A stretch of DNA of 64,000 nucleotides from an uncultured Gemmatimonadales bacterium (lineage in GTDB: Bacteria > Gemmatimonadota > Gemmatimonadetes > Gemmatimonadales > GWC2-71-9). A program made the position numbers and the translations under genes. A model generated the notes under the pieces. The model was not told the DNA's origin, searched no databases, and saw nothing but the letters and a program-made list of their open reading frames with translations. Below, in pieces: positions 57,519 to 64,000 of this stretch. The stretch's first letter is position 1. Each line of letters starts with the position of its first letter. The stretch is from positions 864,001 through 928,000 of the forward strand of contig CAVYSW010000003.1 of assembly GCA_963771275.1 (NCBI GenBank), read 5' to 3'.

Positions 57519-58343
57519 ATGGCCGACACCGTTCCTCCCGGCAAGCGACTGGAGCGTGCGGCGCTCGAGCGCATCGTGCTCCGCGCCGCGGAGCTGCAGG
57601 CCGGCGAGCGCGACCTCGACGAGGGCCTGACCGAAGCGGAGATCATCCGGCTGGGTGGCGACGTCGGGATCCCGGCCGAGTACCTCCGCCAGGCGATCGT
57701 CGAGGAGCAGACCCGCGCCGTCGTGCCAGCGGAGCGCGATCTCCCGGCGTTCCTCGCGGGTCCGCGCTACGTGGCGGCGGAGCGCACCGTGCCGGGTCAG
57801 GTGTCGGCGGTGGACGAGGCGCTGCAGTACTGGATGACGACCGGCGAGCTGCTCCGGGTGAAGCGCCGATTCTCGGACAAGGCGACCAGCTGGGAGCCGC
57901 AGCGCGGCACGGTGGCGTCGCTCAAGCGGTCGCTGGGTCTCGGCGGGCGGGAGTACCTGCTGGCCCGGACGGCCGAGGTGGCGGGACAGCTGACTACGGT
58001 CACGGCGGAGCGGACCCACGTGCGCCTCGTCGCCGACCTCGGCAACACGCGGCGCCGGTACCTGGGCGGGGCGGGCGTCCTGGCCGGCGCGGGCGGGGGG
58101 GCGACGGGCATCGGCCTGCTGCTCGGCTTCGCGATTCCGGTGGCCGTCCTGCCCGTTCCCGTCGCGCTGATCGTCGCGCTGCTGGTGGCGCGGTCGCGCC
58201 GGGTCGAGCGTTACCGGGTGGCTCTGGAGCAGGTGCTCGACCGCCTGGAGCACGAGAAGATCAAAGTGCCCCCGGGCGGGAGTGACCGGGGACCACCACT
58301 GTCCTGGATCGCCAAGGAGATCAGAAAGCAGCTGGGCACCTGA
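57519..58343 (+). CDS. Hypothetical membrane protein
   Basis: Coding-like ORF 4 nt after SPFH; RAAELQ N domain; two C-terminal TM helices. Confidence 0.7.
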   Translation: MADTVPPGKRLERAALERIVLRAAELQAGERDLDEGLTEAEIIRLGGDVGIPAEYLRQAIVEEQTRAVVPAERDLPAFLAGPRYVAAERTVPGQVSAVDEALQYWMTTGELLRVKRRFSDKATSWEPQRGTVASLKRSLGLGGREYLLARTAEVAGQLTTVTAERTHVRLVADLGNTRRRYLGGAGVLAGAGGGATGIGLLLGFAIPVAVLPVPVALIVALLVARSRRVERYRVALEQVLDRLEHEKIKVPPGGSDRGPPLSWIAKEIRKQLGT

Positions 58344-58372
58344 GATCACGCCCTACCATAGACGACACGGCC

Positions 58373-59260
58373 ATGACGGAAATCAAGACGGTCGGAGTGC
58401 TGGGCTGCGGCCTGATGGGAAGCGGCATCGCGCAGGTCGCCGCGGCAGCGGGCTACCAGACCATCGTGCGCGACATGTCGGACGAGCTCAACGCCAAGGG
58501 AAAGGGCCGGATCACCAAGTCGCTCGACAAACTGGTGGAGCGGGGCCGATTGCCGGCGGCCGATCGGGACGCAGCGCTCCGCCGGCTGCGGTTCACGACC
58601 AGGGTGTCAGACCTCGAGGCATGCGATATCGTGATCGAGGCCGTGACCGAGGAGCTCGATCTCAAGAACACCCTGTGGATCGAGCTGGACGGCACGTGCG
58701 GGCCGGACACGATCTTCGCCTCCAACACGTCCAGCCTCACCATCGCGGCCATGGCGGCGGCCACGCAGCGGCCCGACCGGTTCGTCGGCCTCCATTTCTT
58801 CAATCCCGTTCCGCTCATGAAGCTGGTCGAAGTCGTGCGGACGGTGACGACGTCTCCCGCCACGTTCGAGCGGGCAACGGCGTTCGCGCAGTCGCTCGGC
58901 AAGGAACCGATCGCGGCCAAGGACAACTCCGGCTTCATCGTCAACCTGCTGCTCATCCCGTATCTGCTGGACGCGGTCCGGGCCCTGGAGCGGGGGGTGG
59001 GAACCGTCGCCGACATCGACAAAGGCATGGTGCTCGGCACCGGCTACCCGATGGGGCCGTTCACGCTGCTCGATTTCGTGGGGCTGGATACCACCCACAA
59101 GATCGCCGAGATCATGTTCGACGAGTACCGCGAGACCCGCTACGCCCCGCCGCCGCTGCTCAAGCGGATGGTGCTCGCGGGCATGTACGGCAAGAAGTCC
59201 GGTCGGGGGTTCTACGACTACTCGCAGACGCCCCCGGTAGCGGCCGATCTGGGACTGTGA
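58373..59260 (+). CDS. hbd: 3-hydroxybutyryl-CoA dehydrogenase
   Basis: GCGLMGSGIAQ, IEAV.E, ASNTSSL, GLHFFNPVP.M.LVE, GFIVN, GYPMGP..L.D.VGLD, G.KSG.GFY. Confidence 0.93.
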   Translation: MTEIKTVGVLGCGLMGSGIAQVAAAAGYQTIVRDMSDELNAKGKGRITKSLDKLVERGRLPAADRDAALRRLRFTTRVSDLEACDIVIEAVTEELDLKNTLWIELDGTCGPDTIFASNTSSLTIAAMAAATQRPDRFVGLHFFNPVPLMKLVEVVRTVTTSPATFERATAFAQSLGKEPIAAKDNSGFIVNLLLIPYLLDAVRALERGVGTVADIDKGMVLGTGYPMGPFTLLDFVGLDTTHKIAEIMFDEYRETRYAPPPLLKRMVLAGMYGKKSGRGFYDYSQTPPVAADLGL

Positions 59261-59390
59261 GCGCAGGGCGGTCTCGGGTCTCGTCGCCCAGGGGCCCCTG
59301 TTGACTCCGGGCCGTCCGCGGCACAGGCTTCCGGGGGGGATCCAAGCCCCCGGCACGTTACTTCACCAGCACTGACGGAGGGTGAATCCG

Positions 59391-59864
59391 ATGCGTCGTT
59401 CCACCGTTGCCGGTTTGGCCGTCGTCGCAGTCCTTGGCGCCGCGTGCGGGGCCGGCACCATCCGCCCAAGCTACGCGCCGTTCGAGGGCGCGCGCGTCGA
59501 TACCGTGAGCGCGGGCCCCGCCGCCGTGATCCAGGAGATCGTGGCCCGGGTGAATGCCGAGCGTATGAGCCCGCAGTTCTCCAGCCCCGCCGAAGGCTAC
59601 ATGGAAACGCAGTGGTACGACGTCATCGACCAGAAATCCGGGGCGTTCGATCGGGCCGATCCCAGTCGCTACATCCTGCTCCGCTTCTGGGCGGACTCGA
59701 TCGGTGAGGGCAAGTCCCGCGTGACGTCGGAGGCCGTGTACAAGGCGAGGCCGGATCCCTCCGTGGCGCCGCGCGACCAGGAGATGCTGGTACCGCCGGG
59801 TCACGCGGGTGATCGACTGCTGCGTGCGGTCATGGCCAGCGTGAAGGAGCGTTTCGGCGGATGA
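59391..59864 (+). CDS. Hypothetical lipoprotein
   Basis: SD GGAGG; lipobox GAAC; EGYMETQWYD. Confidence 0.7.
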   Translation: MRRSTVAGLAVVAVLGAACGAGTIRPSYAPFEGARVDTVSAGPAAVIQEIVARVNAERMSPQFSSPAEGYMETQWYDVIDQKSGAFDRADPSRYILLRFWADSIGEGKSRVTSEAVYKARPDPSVAPRDQEMLVPPGHAGDRLLRAVMASVKERFGG

Positions 59865-60325
59865 AGCGACTGGCGTTCGCGGTCCTTGCCGCCTGCGCGG
59901 TCGGCGGGTGCGTGAAGTCGCGGACCCCGAGGCCCATCGCGCCGGTCATCGATGAGGTGCTGCCGGGAACGCCCGACGTGGCGTTCGCCGCGGCGCTCAA
60001 GGCCGTCGGCGATGAGGGACTCCCGCTGCGCCTCCACGACGCGGCAACGGGCAGCATCGAGACCGAATACGTAGACATCGCGACCTACGCGCCGGGGGAG
60101 TCGATCCAGTACCCGACCCCGGAGCGACTGGTGCGCTTCCGCGTCGTGGTGGTGCAGAACCCGCAGGGGCCGGGCACGCGGCTCTCGATCTTCGCGCTGT
60201 ACCAGCCGTTCCGGACGGAACTCAGCACGGAGCGGAACGCGCGGTCCATCCCCAGGGACCACCCGGGGGTGACCGTGGCGCGGCGACTTCTGGAGCGCAC
60301 GCAGAAGGCTGTCGGAGGAGGATGA
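59861..60325 (+). CDS. Hypothetical lipoprotein, distant paralogue of the upstream gene
   Basis: ATGA overlap; VGGC lipobox; GSIETEYVD. Confidence 0.7.
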   Translation: MKRLAFAVLAACAVGGCVKSRTPRPIAPVIDEVLPGTPDVAFAAALKAVGDEGLPLRLHDAATGSIETEYVDIATYAPGESIQYPTPERLVRFRVVVVQNPQGPGTRLSIFALYQPFRTELSTERNARSIPRDHPGVTVARRLLERTQKAVGGG

Positions 60326-61347
60326 GCCCGGGCGGAGATCCGGCGGACCGCGAGTTCTGCCGAGCCATCCTCCCCAAGGTGTCGCGCACGTTCGCGCTTG
60401 GCATCCGGCTCCTGCCGCGCGGGCTCGAAGGAGCGGTGCGGGTTTCCTACCTGCTGTGCCGCATCGCCGACACGATCGAAGACGCGCCCGAGCTCGCCCA
60501 GGACGTCAAGCGGGCGCTGCTCGGACGGTTCCGGTCCTGCCTCGAGGACGGGGTCGCCGCGGGGGCGCCGCTCGGCGACCTGTTTCCCCAGCCGCACTCG
60601 GGCGAGGAGCAGCTGGTGCGCGAGGCCGATCGCGTGCTCCGCTGTTATCGCGGTCTCTCGACGGCGGAGCGGGCCGCGATCCGTCCGTGGGTCCAGGAGA
60701 TGGCCCGGGGGATGGCCGAGTTCGCCGGGCGCCGGGCGTCGCCCGCCGGGCGGATCGCGGCCCTGACGAGCGTCGCCGAGCTGGACCGCTACTGCTACTA
60801 CGTCGCGGGAACGGTGGGGCACCTCCTCACCGGGCTGTTTCGCATCCACTCCGCCCGGATGCCACCCGTCCGATACGCCCGGCTTGAGGCCCTCGCCGAG
60901 AGCTTCGGACTCGGACTCCAGCTCACCAACATCATCAAGGATGTGGGCGATGACCGGCGCCGTGGCTGGAGCTTCGTGCCGCAGGATCTCTGCGCCTTGG
61001 CCGGCATCCGACCGGACGAGCTCCAGGACCCCGACCGCTCGCCCGAGGCCCACCGCGTCATGGTCATGCTGATCGACAAGGCGAAGCGCCACCTGCGGGA
61101 TGCCTTGACCTATTGCACGACGCTGCCGTCCGCGGCGTACCGCATCCGGATCTTCTGCCTCAGCTCGCTCTACTTCGCGGTGCGCACGCTGCGCCTCGCC
61201 GAGCGCGACCCGCGCTTGCTCGACCCGAACCACAAGGTGAAGATCGCGCGGAGCGAGGTGTACAGCACGCTGGCCACCACCTATCTCGTGGCCCCGTTCG
61301 ACCGGTTGGCGCACCGCTATTACGTGCGCCTCGCCGGGGAGGGCTGA
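60322..61347 (+). CDS. Squalene/phytoene synthase family protein
   Basis: [44 protein letters not shown]...D..RG. Confidence 0.9.
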   Translation: MSPGGDPADREFCRAILPKVSRTFALGIRLLPRGLEGAVRVSYLLCRIADTIEDAPELAQDVKRALLGRFRSCLEDGVAAGAPLGDLFPQPHSGEEQLVREADRVLRCYRGLSTAERAAIRPWVQEMARGMAEFAGRRASPAGRIAALTSVAELDRYCYYVAGTVGHLLTGLFRIHSARMPPVRYARLEALAESFGLGLQLTNIIKDVGDDRRRGWSFVPQDLCALAGIRPDELQDPDRSPEAHRVMVMLIDKAKRHLRDALTYCTTLPSAAYRIRIFCLSSLYFAVRTLRLAERDPRLLDPNHKVKIARSEVYSTLATTYLVAPFDRLAHRYYVRLAGEG

Positions 61348-63017
61348 TGACCCAAACCGTGGCCCCGCCAGATTTCCGCGGCCAGTTCCGCACCGACCCG
61401 CGGGCCCGCGCCGCCTACAGCGAGGGCGCCGGCCCGTATCGGATCGTGCCCGCCGCGGTCGCCTTCCCGGAAAGTCGCGACGATCTGTGCGCGCTGGTCA
61501 AGTACGCCGTCGCAGCCGGCATCCCGCTCACCCCCCGCGGCGCCGGGAGCGGCATGCCCGGTGGCAACGTCGGCGCCGGCATCGTGGTGGACATGCGCGC
61601 GTTCGACCGCCCGCTCCGGATTGCGCTGAACAAGATCGGGAACATCGGCGCCGCGGCATCGTGGGCCGCGGTGAACCAGGCGGCGGCGCACTTCGGGTTC
61701 CGCCTGCCGCCCGATCCGGCCAGCGGAGCCTTCTGCACGATCGGCGGGATGGTCTCCACCAACGCGGCGGGGGCCCACAGCTTCTCGGTGGGCAGCATCC
61801 GCCGCTGGGTGCGGGGGATGGAGCTGATCTCCACGGACGGCGAGGCGGGCTGGGTCAGCCGGCGGCACGCGGAGCGGAAGCACCGCCTGCCGACCCCGCC
61901 GGCCAAACGGGTCCTGGTCGAGCGCTTCACGATGGAGGATCGGATCACCGCGTTGGGGCCCCGGATCGCGGCCGCCAGGGACGAGATCAGTGCCCGGTTC
62001 CCCAAGACGCGGAAGAACTCGGCCGGGTACGCGTTGGACGCCTACCTCGAGTCCGGCGAGGTCGTGGACCTGCTGGTCGGCTCGGAAGGCACACTGGGGA
62101 TCATCTCGCGCGTGGAGCTCGAGCTCGACAAGACGCCGCCCGCCACCGGCACGCTGCTCGTCGCCCTCGTGACGCTCGACACCCTCGGGGACGTGGTGGC
62201 CGAGCTGACCCGTCATCAGCCCGCCGCGATCGAGCTGCTCGATCGGTCGTTCCTCGACCTCGCCGGCCCCTCTGCTTCGGCGGTCCCGCTCGACGGGGTC
62301 GCGGCCCTGCTGCTGGTCGACTTCGAGCGCGCCAGCGACCGCGAGCTGCGACCGGCGCTCGCCGCGGCACAGCGCGCGCTGCAGCCCGAGGCCCGCTACA
62401 CCCGGATGGGGGTGTCGGCCGCGGAGCGCGAGCACCTCTGGAAGATCCGGCACGGGGCGAGTCCGGCCCTCGCCACGCTGCCCGCCGAGCGGCGCTCGTT
62501 GCAGGTGATCGAGGACGGCTGTGTGCCGGTGGCGGCGCTCGGCCGCTACCTGGCCGGCCTACGGGACGCCGCGCGGGCGGCGGGCATCCCGGTCGTCGCG
62601 TTCGGCCACGCCGGCGACGGCCATCTTCACGTGAACGCGCTGGTGGACACGACGCAGCCCGACTTCGAGGCGCGCCTGGAGCAGCTGTTCTCGGCGGTGA
62701 CGGGGCTCGTCATGGCCTTGGGCGGCACCCCGAGTGGCGAGCACGGGGACGGCCGGCTCAGAGCCCGATTGCTCGAGCAACTCTACGGCCCGGTCGTGAC
62801 CGGCCTGTTCCGCGAGATCAAGCAGGCGTTCGACCCGGCCGGCGTGCTCAATCCCGGGATCATCATCCCGGACGGCACCCCGCCGCTCGCCGCGCTGAAA
62901 GTGGGCCCGAATGCCCAGGAGATCCCCGCGGACATCGCAGCCCAGCTGCGCCGCCGGGAGATGACCGCCGGCTGGGGAGCCCCGGTGCTCGGGATGCTGG
63001 ACGAGCACCCTGGATGA
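61347..63017 (+). CDS. FAD-binding oxidoreductase, GlcD/D-lactate dehydrogenase-like
   Basis: PRGAGSG, PPDPAS...[41 protein letters not shown]. Confidence 0.88.
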   Translation: MTQTVAPPDFRGQFRTDPRARAAYSEGAGPYRIVPAAVAFPESRDDLCALVKYAVAAGIPLTPRGAGSGMPGGNVGAGIVVDMRAFDRPLRIALNKIGNIGAAASWAAVNQAAAHFGFRLPPDPASGAFCTIGGMVSTNAAGAHSFSVGSIRRWVRGMELISTDGEAGWVSRRHAERKHRLPTPPAKRVLVERFTMEDRITALGPRIAAARDEISARFPKTRKNSAGYALDAYLESGEVVDLLVGSEGTLGIISRVELELDKTPPATGTLLVALVTLDTLGDVVAELTRHQPAAIELLDRSFLDLAGPSASAVPLDGVAALLLVDFERASDRELRPALAAAQRALQPEARYTRMGVSAAEREHLWKIRHGASPALATLPAERRSLQVIEDGCVPVAALGRYLAGLRDAARAAGIPVVAFGHAGDGHLHVNALVDTTQPDFEARLEQLFSAVTGLVMALGGTPSGEHGDGRLRARLLEQLYGPVVTGLFREIKQAFDPAGVLNPGIIIPDGTPPLAALKVGPNAQEIPADIAAQLRRREMTAGWGAPVLGMLDEHPG

Positions 63018-63808
63018 AGCCGTATCTCGACCTGCTGCGCCACGTGCTGGACCACGGGCGCCCGAAGCGCGACCGCACCGGCACCGGCACCCTCAGCGTG
63101 TTCGGCTATCAGACGCGCTACGATCTTGCCGCCGGCTTCCCCCTGGTCACGACGAAGAAGCTTCACCTGAAGTCCATCATTCACGAGCTGCTGTGGTTCC
63201 TCCGCGGCGAGACCAACGTCCGGTCGCTCCAGCAGCACGGGGTGCGGATCTGGGACGAGTGGGCGGACCCGCAGGGGGAGCTGGGGCCGATCTACGGCTG
63301 CCAGTGGCGCTCGTGGCCGGCACCGGACGGGAGCCGGGTCGACCAGATCGCACAGGTGGTGGACGAGATCCGGCAGTTTCCCGACTCCCGCCGCATGGTC
63401 GTGTCCGCGTGGAACGTGCCGGACATCCCGCGCATGGCGCTGGCGCCGTGCCACGTCCTGTTCCAGTTCTACGTGCTCGACGGCCGGCTGTCGTGCCAGC
63501 TGTACCAGCGGAGCGCGGACCTGTTCCTCGGCGTCCCGTTCAACATCGCGTCGTATGCGCTCCTCACGCAGATGGTGGCGCAGGTCACCGGCCTCGCTCC
63601 GGGCGAGTTCATCCACACCTTCGGGGACGCCCACATCTACGCGAACCACCTCGAGCAGGCGCGGCTCCAGCTCGGCCGCGAGCCCCGGCCCCGGCCGACC
63701 ATGCACCTGAACCCGGACGTCCGGTCGATCTTCGACTTCCGCTACGAGGACTTCCGGCTCGAGGGGTACGACCCGCACCCCCACATCCCCGCCCCGGTGG
63801 CCGTGTGA
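63014..63808 (+). CDS. thyA: Thymidylate synthase
   Basis: [66 protein letters not shown]. Confidence 0.97.
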   Translation: MKPYLDLLRHVLDHGRPKRDRTGTGTLSVFGYQTRYDLAAGFPLVTTKKLHLKSIIHELLWFLRGETNVRSLQQHGVRIWDEWADPQGELGPIYGCQWRSWPAPDGSRVDQIAQVVDEIRQFPDSRRMVVSAWNVPDIPRMALAPCHVLFQFYVLDGRLSCQLYQRSADLFLGVPFNIASYALLTQMVAQVTGLAPGEFIHTFGDAHIYANHLEQARLQLGREPRPRPTMHLNPDVRSIFDFRYEDFRLEGYDPHPHIPAPVAV

Positions 63809-64000
63809 CGCTGTCGCTCATCGTGGCGATGTCCGAAGGCGGCGTGATCGGGCACCACGGCGCGGTCCCGTGGCACCTCCCCGATGACCTGAAACGGTTC
63901 AAGCAGCTCACGATGGGGCACCCGGTGATCATGGGCCGGCGGACCTTCGCATCGATCAGGCGCCCGCTGCCCGGGCGGCGCTGCATCGTGTTGTCGCGCG
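63805..64000 (+). CDS. folA: Dihydrofolate reductase, partial (runs off right edge)
   Basis: GTGA overlap with thyA; LIVAM....VIG....[35 protein letters not shown]. Confidence 0.93.
   Translation, partial: MTLSLIVAMSEGGVIGHHGAVPWHLPDDLKRFKQLTMGHPVIMGRRTFASIRRPLPGRRCIVLSR

Noticed and set aside
54935..57646. 903-aa antisense ORF
   Set aside because: Antisense shadow of the leuB-like and SPFH genes with no recognisable motifs. The same applies to 3454..5463, 7390..9372, 13037..14893, 15565..17718 and 25406..27565.
61487..63808. 773-aa ThyA fusion
   Set aside because: The N part is an off-frame shadow of the FAD oxidoreductase. thyA starts at ATG 63014 (ATGA overlap).

Overview
GC-rich bacterial chromosomal segment. 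A Gemmatimonadota-like origin is inferred from the Hanks kinase-TPR proteins, GWxTD protein, M14 peptidase, many lipoproteins and apparent leaderless starts. It holds about 55 protein genes, and I saw no rRNA, tRNA, CRISPR array or transposase. The accessory part (about 1-49 kb) contains a CxxC/RAPP leader ORF ahead of a TonB-dependent receptor, a MazEF-like TA pair, hydrolases, kinases and lipoproteins. It also has a pentose locus: GH51, SSS transporter, a xylose-isomerase-like enzyme in the araA position, araB, araD, HAD, eukaryote-type xylB, an unclassified Tat GH-like protein, and GH127 nearby. The right end is housekeeping: PPi-PFK, selD with in-frame UGA and SECIS, rnhA, dCMP deaminase, leuB-like, SPFH, hbd, squalene synthase-like, thyA, folA. 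Best leads: (1) an AraA-less arabinose operon with a xylose-isomerase-fold enzyme. (2) A RAPP arrest-peptide ORF whose 3' end is a perfect 10-nt anti-SD for the downstream receptor. (3) An unannotated 20-codon ORF behind a 14-nt match to the 16S 3' end. (4) A dispersed two-hairpin REP-like repeat with compensatory changes. All assignments come from motif recognition by eye; no searches were run.
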